DNA from: an uncultured bacterium | GTDB taxonomy: Bacteria > Patescibacteriota > Minisyncoccia > Phycocordibacterales > GWA1-40-21 | DNA: 64,000 nucleotides | Reading direction: 5' to 3' | Assembly: GCA_963804975.1 (NCBI GenBank) | Contig: CAWDSG010000001.1 | Span: 118 to 64,117 of the forward strand | Shown: positions 9,090 through 19,392 of the stretch, in pieces | Position numbering within the stretch: the first letter of the stretch is position 1 | Layout: each line of letters begins with the position of its first letter | Program-made: the position numbers and the translations under genes | Notes under the pieces: model-generated | Seen by the model: only the letters and a program-made list of their open reading frames with translations | The model's database searches: none | Told to the model about the DNA's origin: nothing

Positions 9090-9269
9090 TGTAATTTCTA
9101 ACATCGACCTTGTAAATCAAGGCCTCTAAACATAGAGTGTGACCTCGACCAGATTTACGGCTTTCGCCACTGGTTGTCTTTGGCCTTAATATGGTTATAT
9201 TAGCAGAAAATAAAAAAAAGTAAAGAATAAAAAAACCGCCTATAAAAGCGCGGTTTTTAAAAAACCAAA

Positions 9270-9860
9270 CTACTTCCTAAGAGCTAGAAAGCAATCATCT
9301 CCAAACAAATTGAATGGAGTATCAAATTGTGCATCGTACGGATATGGATTATCCGGACGACTTTGTCTTTTCCAATACCTCAGATATCGAATATTAGCAC
9401 CCGATTGTTCAGACTCATAAATTGTTCCGGCAAATAAAATCTTTTTGTCTTCCCACTCATCTGGAACAAGGTATGGCCTGTTCATCAAGTGGTCCAAAAC
9501 GTTAGCATTTAAGACTGGTAATTTCAGATATTCATCAGCAAGATCTTTTATGATAATGTTTCCAAAATTACCTCCTACTGGAAATAATACAATCTCTTTT
9601 GGATCAACGGAAAACATTCCGATTCTTTTATGCGCTCGCACTCTCCAATCTTTATATGGTAGATATGGATCAAGGTCGCAATTGATAAGAGTGAAGAGAA
9701 AGTTAATTTCGGCGTTACCGAGTAATACTTCATGGAATTTCCTGAGTAAACCTTTCCGCTCCGTGAGCATTTTGATTTGCGCATTTGTCCAAGGTCCTTC
9801 ACGCCGAAATGCAGCTTTTAATTCACCAGCCTGATCAACATCGAGCATAAGATCGCTCAT
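9270..9860 (-). CDS. Hypothetical protein inserted between rplB and rplJ
   Basis: 196 aa ORF, no recognisable motif; breaks normal S10/spc synteny. Confidence 0.4.
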   Translation of the reverse strand: MSDLMLDVDQAGELKAAFRREGPWTNAQIKMLTERKGLLRKFHEVLLGNAEINFLFTLINCDLDPYLPYKDWRVRAHKRIGMFSVDPKEIVLFPVGGNFGNIIIKDLADEYLKLPVLNANVLDHLMNRPYLVPDEWEDKKILFAGTIYESEQSGANIRYLRYWKRQSRPDNPYPYDAQFDTPFNLFGDDCFLALRK

Positions 9861-9988
9861 GGTTGACCTCCTTAATTTTATTTGGACGGTGTTCTTTTTA
9901 GTGAACTATGTCCTTTTTGTTTATACCACCAATAAACAATTTTATCAATCGCAACAAAAAACACCCTTCTCGGGTGTTTTTTGAAAAA

Positions 9989-10840
9989 TTATTTCTCTCC
10001 CTTCGCCTTACCCACCTTGCGTCTTGAAACAATTAAATAATTTGAATATTTTTTGGGAGTTCTTGATTTCTGGCCTTTGCCGACATGCTTTCCCCACTTG
10101 GTCTTTGCAAATCTCATGCCTCTTCCGGATTTTCCTTCTCCTCCGCCGTACGGGTGATCCATCGGATTCATAACAGAACCTCTGACTGTCGGTCTGATGC
10201 CGAGATGCCTTGATCTTCCCGCTTTTCCGATGCTCACGAGCCAATTTTCATCGTTTGAAACGCTGCCGATTGATGCCCATGCGTTTTCCGGAACTTTTCT
10301 GACTTCGCTTGAAGGCATTTTTATATGGACATATCCGGCGTCATTTGCCACGATTTGTCCGAAGCTTCCTGCTGACCTTACAAGTTTTGCTCCGCCGCCG
10401 ACTTTGATTTCAACATTGTAAACAAAAGTACCAACCGGAATATTTTTCAAAAGAGTCCTGTTCCCCGCTTTCACTTCCGCTTTATCGGAAACCAAAAACG
10501 TATCGCCGACTTTCATTGATTTCGGCAAAAGGACATATCTTTTTTCTCCATCGGCATAATTCACAAGCCCGATGAATCCGGTTCTGTATGGATCGTATTC
10601 AACTGTCATTATTTTTGCAGGAATATTTTTCTTGTCATATGTAAAATCAATGTCTCTGAAAACCTTTTTGTTCCCGGAACCCTGATGTCTCATTGTGATT
10701 CTGCCTTTGTTGTTCCTTCCGGCATTGTTCTTTTTCCCTTTGGTCAGCGCTTTCAGCGGCCTTGACGCGGTCAAAACTCCCCTGTATGTGACAGTGGACA
10801 TATTCCTTCTTGATGGCGATGTTGGTCTGTAAAATTTCAT
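9989..10840 (-). CDS. rplB: 50S ribosomal protein L2
   Basis: 283 aa; conserved C-terminal GGGEGK..G..R region. Confidence 0.95.
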   Translation of the reverse strand: MKFYRPTSPSRRNMSTVTYRGVLTASRPLKALTKGKKNNAGRNNKGRITMRHQGSGNKKVFRDIDFTYDKKNIPAKIMTVEYDPYRTGFIGLVNYADGEKRYVLLPKSMKVGDTFLVSDKAEVKAGNRTLLKNIPVGTFVYNVEIKVGGGAKLVRSAGSFGQIVANDAGYVHIKMPSSEVRKVPENAWASIGSVSNDENWLVSIGKAGRSRHLGIRPTVRGSVMNPMDHPYGGGEGKSGRGMRFAKTKWGKHVGKGQKSRTPKKYSNYLIVSRRKVGKAKGEK

Positions 10841-10851
10841 AATTGATTTTA

Positions 10852-11151
10852 TTAAATGAATGCGATTTTATCCCCCTTTTTCAAAAATACAAGCGCTTTT
10901 TTGATGGCTGGTTTTATTCCTTTTTTCCCTCTTTTAATGACATTTTTTGCCGGAAGCGTGATCATATTCACTTTTATCGGAGTGACTTTGTAAATCTGCT
11001 TGATTGCTTCCGCTACGGTCTTTTTTGTTGCGCTTGGCAGCACTTCAAAAGTATACATATTTTGCGATTCGGACTTGATGCCGGATTTTTCCGTGACTTT
11101 CGGCTTTTTTATAACCGAAGCGGTATTATATTTCGGAATTATGTTTGTCAT
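10852..11151 (-). CDS. rplW: 50S ribosomal protein L23
   Basis: 99 aa; L23 family, position between rplD and rplB. Confidence 0.85.
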   Translation of the reverse strand: MTNIIPKYNTASVIKKPKVTEKSGIKSESQNMYTFEVLPSATKKTVAEAIKQIYKVTPIKVNMITLPAKNVIKRGKKGIKPAIKKALVFLKKGDKIAFI

Positions 11152-11156
11152 GGCGA

Positions 11157-11951
11157 TTATTTGGCTTTGGCCATCTTATTTTCGATAAATTTGATTGACT
11201 CGGCCGGATTTTCAATGACGATATATTTCATATTCAACAGATCGACAGGATTCATATTCCTGATTTCATCGACTCTGACATTCCCGATGTTCGCAAAACT
11301 TTTTTCAAAGGCGATTTTCTTGCCGGATGTGGCTATGATCGCGCTCGACTTTTTCTTGGTCAGAATATCCGAGCATGTCTTGATTTTGCTCAATGACTTC
11401 AGTATTTCAAGCGCTTCGGTCGTTTTCGGCTTGGCAATCTCAAATTTATCCACAAAAATAACTTCTCCATCCCTCATCTTTTTTGAAAGAATTGTATAGA
11501 GCGCCTTTATTTTCATTTTCTTGTTTATCTTCTTGCTGTAATTTTTCAATGCGTTCGGACCATGAGTAATGCCTCCGCCAACCCAGATTGGCGAACGAAT
11601 GGAGCCGTGTCTTGCCCGACCAGTGCCTTTTTGCTGCCAAGGTTTTTTACCTCCGCCCCTTACTTCTCCTCTGCCTTTTGTATGGGCGTAAATAACTCTT
11701 CTGTCAGCAAGCATTGAGAAAACAACCTGATGCACAAGGTCGGCATTTGGAGTCAGGCCGAAAACATTCGCCGGCAATTTTACTTCTCCGACTTCCTTTC
11801 CTTTTTGGTCATAAACTTTGGCTGTCGAAGGAATTTTCTGAGAAACTTTTTCGGTTTTTTCTGCTTTTTTCGGTTCAGTTTTAACCGCAACCTTCTCCGG
11901 CGCTTTTTTTACAACTTTTTTTGCATTCTTTTTTATAATCTCTTTTTCCAT
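11157..11951 (-). CDS. rplD: 50S ribosomal protein L4 with Lys-rich N-terminal extension
   Basis: 264 aa; GKKPWQQKGTGRARHGSIRSPIWVGGG signature. Confidence 0.9.
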   Translation of the reverse strand: MEKEIIKKNAKKVVKKAPEKVAVKTEPKKAEKTEKVSQKIPSTAKVYDQKGKEVGEVKLPANVFGLTPNADLVHQVVFSMLADRRVIYAHTKGRGEVRGGGKKPWQQKGTGRARHGSIRSPIWVGGGITHGPNALKNYSKKINKKMKIKALYTILSKKMRDGEVIFVDKFEIAKPKTTEALEILKSLSKIKTCSDILTKKKSSAIIATSGKKIAFEKSFANIGNVRVDEIRNMNPVDLLNMKYIVIENPAESIKFIENKMAKAK

Positions 11952-11968
11952 AATAATATATGTAAATT

Positions 11969-12574
11969 TTATCCGCGCACCTCAACGAGCGTTCCTCTCC
12001 TTCCCGGAACCGCGCCGCTTATCAAAAGCTGACTATTTGCCTCGTCAACTCCAAGAATTTTAAGATTTTTTATGGTAACTCTTTCGCCGCCCATCCTTCC
12101 GGCCATTCTCATTCCTTTCGGAACCATATTTCTCAGACCTCCGCTGATGGAACCCGGAGCGTTTTCGGAATGCTTCTGTCCGTGGCTTCTCGGCTGGCCT
12201 TCGAATCCGTGCCTTTTGATGACGCTCTGGTATCCTTTTCCTTTTGAAACAGCGGAAACTTCGATTATGTCCCCAACCGCAAATCCGGAAAAATCTATTT
12301 TATCCCCGACTTTGAATTTTGAAATATCTTCAACTCTGAATTCTTTCATAAATCTCGCATTTACGCCTTTCAGATGGCCTTTCAATGGCTTGTTTATATT
12401 TTTTTCTTTTTTCAGGCCAAAACCGACTTGCAACGCGTCGTAGCCGTCTTTTTCTTTTGTTTTTATCTGAGTCACGGTTAAAGGGCCTGCCGAAAGAATC
12501 GTAACAGGATGCACCTTTCCGTTCTCATCGAAAATCTGGGTCATATTCTGCTTTGTACCGAGTATAAATTTCAT
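11969..12574 (-). CDS. rplC: 50S ribosomal protein L3
   Basis: 201 aa; MKFILGTKQNMTQIFDENG start and L3 core. Confidence 0.92.
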   Translation of the reverse strand: MKFILGTKQNMTQIFDENGKVHPVTILSAGPLTVTQIKTKEKDGYDALQVGFGLKKEKNINKPLKGHLKGVNARFMKEFRVEDISKFKVGDKIDFSGFAVGDIIEVSAVSKGKGYQSVIKRHGFEGQPRSHGQKHSENAPGSISGGLRNMVPKGMRMAGRMGGERVTIKNLKILGVDEANSQLLISGAVPGRRGTLVEVRG

Positions 12575-12587
12575 TTAATTTTCTTTT

Positions 12588-12697
12588 CGAGCGAAGCGAG
12601 TATTGGAAAATTTAACCCTGTGAAATATTTTGCATTAGCAAAATAAAATCTGAAAGATTTTTATTTCACGGGGTAAAAAATTATAATCGCTACGCTC
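12588..12697. repeat. Family-1 intergenic element between rpsJ and rplC
   Basis: CGAGCGAAGCGAG ... CCCTGTGAAATATTTTGCATTAGCAAAATAAA..ATTTCACGGGG ... TTATAATCGCTACGCTC. Confidence 0.65.
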
Positions 12698-12706
12698 TTT
12701 AATTTT

Positions 12707-13099
12707 TTAGTTCATTTTCACATCAATGTTCACACCTGAAGGCAAACTCATGTTGGTGAGAGCTTCAATCACTTTTGCCGACGGATTTATAATATCTATC
12801 AATCTTCTGTGTATCCTCATCTCAAATTGTTCTCGCGCATTTTTGTAGACGAATGACGCACGATTGACCGTGTATTTTTTGATTTCCGTCGGAAGCGGCA
12901 CCGGACCGATGACTTTTGCGTCATGGCGGAGCGCCGTCTCGATAATCTGCTTCACTGAAGCGTCAAGGATTTTGCTGTCGTAAGCCCTGACGCGTATTCT
13001 TAATATTGAAGAACTTTCGATCTTCGCTGGCATTTTCGGCATTTTCACCTTTGATGCGGCCGCTGTTTTCGTATTCTTTTTTATTGCTGTTTTTTCCAT
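12707..13099 (-). CDS. rpsJ: 30S ribosomal protein S10 (true start probably internal Met around 13033-13042)
   Basis: ILRIRVRAYDSKILD... S10 core; N-terminal 20-30 aa of ORF likely leader. Confidence 0.88.
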   Translation of the reverse strand: MEKTAIKKNTKTAAASKVKMPKMPAKIESSSILRIRVRAYDSKILDASVKQIIETALRHDAKVIGPVPLPTEIKKYTVNRASFVYKNAREQFEMRIHRRLIDIINPSAKVIEALTNMSLPSGVNIDVKMN

Positions 13100-13107
13100 T
13101 AATTTTT

Positions 13108-13220
13108 AACGAACGAAGTAACTATAAAAATTATGACTCTGTGAAATATTTTGCATTAGCAAAATAAATTTTTTCAAAAATTTATTTCACGGGATTTAAT
13201 AAAATATAGTCGCTGTGCTC
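13108..13220. repeat. Family-1 intergenic element between tuf and rpsJ
   Basis: GAACGAAGTAACTAT ... GACTCTGTGAAATATTTTGCATTAGCAAAATAAA..ATTTCACGGGA ... ATAGTCGCTGTGCTC. Confidence 0.65.
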
Positions 13221-13229
13221 CTTATTTTA

Positions 13230-14432
13230 TTAAGCAATAACTTTCGTTATAACGCCCGAACCTACGGTCTTTCCTCCTTCCCTGAAAGCAAATCTCATTT
13301 TGTCTTCAAGAGCAATCGGAGCAACGAGCTTTACTTTGAATGTAACCGTATCTCCCGGCATAACCATTTCAACTCCTGATGGAAGAGTAACATCTCCCGT
13401 AACATCTGTCGTCCTCATGTAGAACTGCGGTTTGTAGCCTGTAAAGAACGGCGTGTGCCTTCCGCCTTCCTCTTTCTTCAAAACGTAAACTTCCGCTTCA
13501 AATTCAATGTGAGGAGTGACTGTTCCCGGCTTTGCCAAGACCTGTCCTCTGTGGACATCCTCTTTCTTCGTACCTCTAAGCAAAACTCCGGCATTGTCTC
13601 CTGCATCTACGGTTTGCAGCTGTTTATTGAACATTTCGATACCGGTAATAACTGTTTTTGTTGTTGGTTTTATGCCGACAATTTCAACTTCGTCTCCGAT
13701 TTTTGATCTTCCTCTCTCGACTCTTCCCGTAACAACAGTTCCTCTTCCTTCGATTGAAAAGATGTCTTCTATAGGCATAAGGAATGGCTTATCAATATCT
13801 CGGGTTGGAAGCGGAATATATGTATCAAGAGCGTCCAAAAGTTCAGTAATGCATTTTGCATCAGGATCATCCGCGCTTTTGCAAGCCAAAGCTTTCGTGG
13901 CTGAACCTTTGATAATCGGGGCATTTGCTCCGTCAAAACCATATTTTGTAAGAAGTTCTCTGACCTCCGTTTCAACAAGATCCAAAAGATCTTTGTCGCT
14001 TACAAGATCGCATTTGTTCAAAAATACGACTATTCTCGGAACACCAACCTGCTTTGCCAAAAGAATGTGCTCTCTCGTCTGAGGCATAGGGCCGTCAACT
14101 GCAGACACGACAAGGATAGCGCCGTCCATTTGAGCGGCACCGGTAATCATGTTTTTGACGTAGTCAGCGTGACCAGGACAATCTACGTGCGCGTAGTGCC
14201 TTTTGTCCGTTGAGTATTCAACGTGAGAAATAGCAATAGTGATGATTTTTGAAGCATCTCTTCTGCCGGCCGATTCCGATGCTTTCGCAACCTGATCGTA
14301 TCCGACGGGCTTTGCAAGGCCTTTGAGGGATTGAATGTATGTGATAGCCGCTGTTAAAGTTGTCTTGCCATGGTCAATGTGACCAATGGTACCGACGTTT
14401 ATGTGCGGCTTGTCTCTTTTAAATTCTGCCAT
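13230..14432 (-). CDS. tuf: Elongation factor Tu
   Basis: 400 aa; [21 protein letters not shown] motifs. Confidence 0.97.
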   Translation of the reverse strand: MAEFKRDKPHINVGTIGHIDHGKTTLTAAITYIQSLKGLAKPVGYDQVAKASESAGRRDASKIITIAISHVEYSTDKRHYAHVDCPGHADYVKNMITGAAQMDGAILVVSAVDGPMPQTREHILLAKQVGVPRIVVFLNKCDLVSDKDLLDLVETEVRELLTKYGFDGANAPIIKGSATKALACKSADDPDAKCITELLDALDTYIPLPTRDIDKPFLMPIEDIFSIEGRGTVVTGRVERGRSKIGDEVEIVGIKPTTKTVITGIEMFNKQLQTVDAGDNAGVLLRGTKKEDVHRGQVLAKPGTVTPHIEFEAEVYVLKKEEGGRHTPFFTGYKPQFYMRTTDVTGDVTLPSGVEMVMPGDTVTFKVKLVAPIALEDKMRFAFREGGKTVGSGVITKVIA

Positions 14433-14515
14433 ATTGTTTTGCTGATTTTAAAAGCGGAGCGCGCGAGAATTTGGCTCTGCCTAAAAAACCAACTTAAAAT
14501 GATTAATTCCCATCA

Positions 14516-14566
14516 TCCAGCACCTTCTTTTGGTTTTTTAAAAAACCAAAAGAAGGTGCTGGACTG
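14516..14566. repeat. 51-bp perfect palindrome (CCAGCACCTTCTTTTGGTTTTTTaaaaAAAACCAAAAGAAGGTGCTGG) in tuf-fusA spacer
   Basis: exact self-complementarity read directly. Confidence 0.6.
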
Positions 14567-14810
14567 GAAAGCTTATAAATTACGACTCGCAATTTTCGCG
14601 CAATAAAAATCTGCAAAAACAGATAATTAATTCCGCCAAAAACAGCGGAATAAGCACTCAAACGCGTACCGCTGATAATAGCAAAAGAATAAACGGGCGT
14701 CAACTGAATAAATGTTGGCTATTTTACACATACAAAAAAGGGTTTTTGTCCTAAAAAATCGGACAAAAACCCTGCTATTTTCGTTTTAATTTATTTTTTA
14801 TTTCTGAAAA

Positions 14811-14987
14811 AAATCGACAAAAGACAAAACCATCTTATCTATCAACATAGCTAATGCCGTTATTGGAATCAGAATAACAGAAAGTGGCCAAAAAAACTCA
14901 CCAATAACAATAAAAGTACCGGACCACATTTTTTTAAAAAAAGAACTTTTGGGAACGACTTCCGTTTGGTTTTCCATTTCAAATCCT
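14811..14987 (-). CDS. Small (58 aa) single-TM protein, below ORF-track size cutoff; GAGGA RBS 7 nt upstream of ATG
   Basis: translated by hand from reverse strand: MENQTEVVPKSSFFKKMWSGTFIVIGEFFWPLSVILIPITALAMLIDKMVLSFVDFFQK; located downstream of fusA. Confidence 0.35.
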
Positions 14988-15048
14988 CGATTCTGACGAA
15001 TTTATTTTCTAAATTTATATTAATATTATGGCGAAATATTGTCAATCA

Positions 15049-15083
15049 AAAAAGCGGGGCGCCTTCGGCGCCCCGCTTTTTTG
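15049..15083. terminator. Rho-independent terminator downstream of fusA
   Basis: aaaaaGCGGGGCGCCttcGGCGCCCCGCtttttt. Confidence 0.7.
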
Positions 15084-15106
15084 TTTTTATTTTATAATTT
15101 TCAACT

Positions 15107-17271
15107 TTAAACTCTTTGAGTTGTAACTCCGCGTGTTTCAATAATAGTTTTAGCCACATTTGGTGGGACGATTTCATAATGATCAAATTCCATAATCACG
15201 GATGCTCTGCCTTCGGTAAGAGATCTCAAAGTAGTGACATAGCCGAACATTTCGGCAAGCGGAACCATCGCTTTTATGACTTTATTCATTCCTCTGTCAA
15301 ACATTTCCGTTATCTGGCCTCTTCGCGAATTGATGCTTCCCGACACGTCTCCCATAAATTTTTCCGGAGTGACAACTTCTACTTTCATCATCGGCTCAAG
15401 AAGTACCGGTCGTGCCCTTTTTGCGGCGTCCTGAAACGCCATTGAAGCGGCAATCTTGTAAGCAAGTTCGGATGAGTCAACATCGTGATACGAACCGTAC
15501 GTGAGTTCGCAGGAAACATTTACCACCCTGTATCCGGCAAGAATTCCCCTTTCCATCGCCTCTCGGACGCCTTTCTCAACTGCCGGAATAAATTCCTGCG
15601 GAATGACGCCTCCTTTGATTGAATTGATAAATTCAAAATCATCATATCTCTCGACATTCTTGGGAATTTTTGCGCCTTCTTCAAGTTTCTCCATCGGCTT
15701 GATTTTGATAAGCACGTGGCCATACTGGCCTTTTCCTCCGGATTGTTTGATGTATTTTTCTTCTTTTTCCGCCTCGCCGGTGATTGTTTCTTTGTAAGCA
15801 ACCTGCGGTTTGCCGACGTTCGCTTCCACGCCGAATTCTCTTTTCATCCTATCCACAAGAATTTCAAGATGAAGTTCTCCCATACCCGCCATAACCGTCT
15901 CGCCCGTCTCCTGATCGGATTTTATCTTGAATGTCGGATCTTCGTCCGAAAGTTTTTTCAAAGCCAGTCCCATTTTTTCCTGGTCGGCTTTTGTTTTCGG
16001 TTCAATTCTTAAAGTGATAACCGGTTCAGGAAAAATAATTTTATCCAAAAGTATCGGATGGTCTTCATCGCAGAGTGTATGGCTTGTTTTTGCGTTTTTA
16101 AGGCCGACAGCCGCCGCGATTTCTCCGGCAAAAACCGTTTCAACGTCTTCCCTGTCGTTTGCGTGCATTCTGACAACTCTGCCAAGGCGCTCCTTTTCTC
16201 CCGTCGTTGAATTGTAAATGTAAGTGCCGGCTGAAATAGTTCCGGAATAAACTCTGAAATATGTAAGCTGGCCGACAAAAGGATCGTTTTGAAGTTTGAA
16301 GGCAAGGGCGCAGAAGGGCTCCGTCATCGGATGCATGCCTGAAAATTTCTTCGCCTGTTCTCGGATCAATTCCTTTTACCGGCGGAATATCAAGAGGAGA
16401 AGGAAGATAATCCACGACAGCGTCAAGAACCAGCTGAACCCCTTTGTTTTTCAGAGCCGAGCCGGTAAAAACAGGGACTATCGTGTTTGCGATTGTCGCT
16501 TTTCTTAAAACAACTTTCAGTTCATCAACCGGAATTTCTTTTCCTTCCAAATAATCGTTCATGAGCTTTTCGTCGTTCTCGGCGATTTTTTCGACAAGCT
16601 CTGAACGGTATTTTTTTGCCTCCGCCAAAAGATTTGCCGGAATTTCCTCTTGCCTCACTTTGTCGCCCATTTCTCCGTCAAAATAAAATGCCTTCATCGT
16701 CATCAAATCCACAAGGCCTTTGAAATCAGATTCTGCGCCGATAGGAATCTGCATTCTGACCGCATATTTTGTCAGCCGCTCCAAAATTGACTGATATGAT
16801 CTTTCAAAACTTCCTCCTGTCCTGTCCAGTTTGTTTATAAAACAGATTCTTGGAACTTTTCCTTCATCGGCATATCTCCAGTTTGTTTCCGATTGCGGTT
16901 CAACTCCGGCAACACCGTCAAAAACAACGACAGCGCCGTCAAGAACTCGCAGAGATCTTTTTACCTCCGCGGTAAAATCAATATGGCCAGGCGTATCAAT
17001 AATATTAAATCTGACTTTTTTGCTCGTATCCTCTTTCGGCATATATGTCGGATTCCAAAAACAGGTGATGGCGGCGGAAGTGATGGTGATTCCTCTTTCT
17101 CTTTCCTGCTCCATCCAGTCGGTCGTGGTATTTCCGGTCGTGGACTTCGCCGATTTTGTGCTGGGTGCCTGTGTAATATAAAATTCTTTCGGACACGGTT
17201 GTTTTTCCCGCATCAATGTGGGCAATAATTCCGAAGTTCCTGACTTTTTCCAGTGGATAATCGCGTTTCAT
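15107..17271 (-). pseudogene. fusA: Elongation factor G interrupted by two +1 single-nucleotide insertions (three ORF pieces: 17005-17283, 16140-17225, 15107-16369)
   Basis: N-terminus [29 protein letters not shown] shifts frame at gaCCgga (about 17150); second shift at gacgGag (about 16335) between RHASDD and [10 protein letters not shown]; removing one C and one G restores a canonical ~720 aa EF-G. Confidence 0.8.
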
Positions 17272-17276
17272 AATTT

Positions 17277-17747
17277 TTACCACGCAAAATGCGCAAATGC
17301 TTTGTTGGCTTCGGCCATTTTGTGGACATTTTCTTTTTTCTTCACCGCATCGCCCTCGTTTTTTGAAGCGGCAATTATTTCATTCGCCAATTTTTCCGCT
17401 ATCGGCGCGCCTTTTTTCGTCCTGGCGGCTTCCACGATCCATTTCATGGAAAGCGCGGAGCGTCTTGCCGGCCTGACTTCAACAGGCACCTGATAATTCG
17501 CGCCTCCGACTCTTTTTGACCGGACTTCCATGTTCGGAGCGGTGTTTGAAAGGGCAAGCTCGAAAATTTCAACGGGATTTTTGACTTTCGCTTTTTCCTT
17601 TATCAATTCTAAAGTTCTGTAGATATTTTTCTCGGCTACGCTTTTTTTGCCGTCATACATTATATAATTTATAAGCTTTGAAATTTTTTCAGAACTGTAT
17701 TTATAATCCGGTTTCGGCGCTTTTTTTGTTTTTATTTTTCTTCTCAT
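17277..17747 (-). CDS. rpsG: 30S ribosomal protein S7 (start at MRRKIKTKK)
   Basis: [13 protein letters not shown]...; C-terminal S7 core. Confidence 0.9.
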   Translation of the reverse strand: MRRKIKTKKAPKPDYKYSSEKISKLINYIMYDGKKSVAEKNIYRTLELIKEKAKVKNPVEIFELALSNTAPNMEVRSKRVGGANYQVPVEVRPARRSALSMKWIVEAARTKKGAPIAEKLANEIIAASKNEGDAVKKKENVHKMAEANKAFAHFAW

Positions 17748-17762
17748 GACTAATTTTATTAT

Positions 17763-17849
17763 GAGCAAAGCGAATTTTAAAATTGTCACCCTGTGAAATA
17801 TTTGAATTCTTATTTCACGGGGTTAATAAATTATTCTCACTTCGTTCGT
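17763..17849. repeat. Family-1 intergenic element (shorter copy) between rpsL and rpsG
   Basis: GAGCAAAGCGAATTTT ... CACCCTGTGAAATATTTGAATTCTTATTTCACGGGG ... TTCTCACTTCGTTCG. Confidence 0.6.
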
Positions 17850-17853
17850 TAAT

Positions 17854-18270
17854 TTATTTAACCGGTTTCGGCTTTTTCGCGCCATATTGGCTGCGGCCTT
17901 TTTTTCTTCCTTCCACTCCTGTGGCATCAAGAACCCCTCTTACAATTTGATATCTTAAGCCGACATCCTTGACTCTTCCGCCGCGAAGCAGAACAACCGA
18001 GTGTTCTTGGAGAGTATGTCCCATTCCCGGAATATAAGCTGTGACTTCCATTCCGTTTGAAAGGCGCACTCTTGCGATTTTTCTGATAGCGGAGTTCGGT
18101 TTTTTCGGTGTCTTTGTGGTGACTTTCACGCATACGCCTCTTTTGAAAGGAGAATTCAGTTTGGTCGGCCTGTTTTCAAGAATATTAAAACCCTTCATCA
18201 GAGCGACTGATTTTGGTTTTCTTTTCGCCGTCTTCCTGTTTTGTTTTATTAATTGATTTATTGTAGGCAT
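17854..18270 (-). CDS. rpsL: 30S ribosomal protein S12 (start MPTINQL)
   Basis: [16 protein letters not shown]...; canonical S12. Confidence 0.95.
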   Translation of the reverse strand: MPTINQLIKQNRKTAKRKPKSVALMKGFNILENRPTKLNSPFKRGVCVKVTTKTPKKPNSAIRKIARVRLSNGMEVTAYIPGMGHTLQEHSVVLLRGGRVKDVGLRYQIVRGVLDATGVEGRKKGRSQYGAKKPKPVK

Positions 18271-18494
18271 AAAAAATTTATAGGATTTAAAAAACATTCC
18301 CACCAAAGGTGAAAATGCAACTCTGATACTAGCATCGAGCTATGGACGCTAATGTCGCGATTATACTAATATAAATGGTCAAAAATAGCAATATGGCTAG
18401 TATTAATACATTTGACATATTATTTTTTGTGGCTAGAATGAAAAATAGTAAAAGTTGTACGTTGTAATATCATCAGAAAAAGGGGGCAGTAAAA

Positions 18495-19379
18495 ATGCTT
18501 AAACATCTTGGAAAAGTTTTTGAGCTTCCACTGAAAAAAATCCGCCGGGATAAGAACCAGCCAAGAAAATATTTTGATCGAATCAAAATGGAGAATTTGA
18601 CCATGAGCATCAAAAAAATCGGACAAATAACTCCTATCCAAGTAAAAGTAATTAAAGGTGGCTGGCAAATCGTTACCGGGGAAAGAAGATTTCGTGCTTG
18701 CACTAAGCTAAGACAAAAAACAATAAAAGCATATATCGTCGAGGGAAATGAAGACGACTTTGATGATGCTCAGATCGTCGAAAATTTACTTCACGAGAAT
18801 CTTTCTACCCTTGAAACAGCTCGTATATATTTAAAAAGAAAAGAAAAAGGGCTTACTGAACAGGAAATTGCAGAAAGGTATGGAACATCACAATCAACTG
18901 TGCATCAATATATTTCACTGAATAAGCTTGATCCGAAAGTTCAACGCTTGATGGAGGAAGGAACGAACATTCCGGAAAAAAACAGGATAAAATTCAGCAC
19001 TGCTTTAACACTTGTTTCTTTCCCGCTGGATGTTCAAGTTAAGCTTGCCACACAAATAAGCGAAAATGGTATGACTCTCGCTGACGCAAGGAATCTGATC
19101 GTTCAAACGCTTCAGAAAAGAGGAGTTGTTCCGAATGTTGTCAGAAAGAAAAACCGAGGAAAAGAATACTCTTTCCTTTTTGGTTTTATTTCGCCAGTAC
19201 TTCAACGCCTTGAGATTCTTATCGGGTCAAAAGTCAGCTATATAACCGATACTTTAAGCATAGTTGATCCGCAAAAAAGAAATGGTCTCCTCAAAATGAT
19301 CGGGAAATGCAAGAAACATTTCGGTCAAGTAGAGAAGATGGTGGAAAAAATTCTGAGAGAGGTTGCAAAAAAGAAATAG
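18495..19379 (+). CDS. ParB/Spo0J-like nuclease-domain DNA-binding protein
   Basis: 294 aa; ParB N-domain GERRFRA, HTH EIAERYGTSQSTVHQYISL. Confidence 0.7.
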   Translation: MLKHLGKVFELPLKKIRRDKNQPRKYFDRIKMENLTMSIKKIGQITPIQVKVIKGGWQIVTGERRFRACTKLRQKTIKAYIVEGNEDDFDDAQIVENLLHENLSTLETARIYLKRKEKGLTEQEIAERYGTSQSTVHQYISLNKLDPKVQRLMEEGTNIPEKNRIKFSTALTLVSFPLDVQVKLATQISENGMTLADARNLIVQTLQKRGVVPNVVRKKNRGKEYSFLFGFISPVLQRLEILIGSKVSYITDTLSIVDPQKRNGLLKMIGKCKKHFGQVEKMVEKILREVAKKK

Positions 19380-19392
19380 TACTTGCTTTATG

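Noticed and set aside
8969-9270. Canonical L10 (rplJ) autoregulatory leader
   Set aside because: The rplJ upstream region is occupied by a family-1 repeat copy shared with other r-protein leaders, so a specific L10-leader assignment cannot be supported from sequence alone.
14503-14703. 66-aa ORF in tuf-fusA spacer
   Set aside because: It is generated by the 51-bp palindrome itself (the mirrored ORF 14370-14606 on the other strand carries the same peptide SPAPSFGFLKNQKKVLD), so it is an artefact of the inverted repeat.
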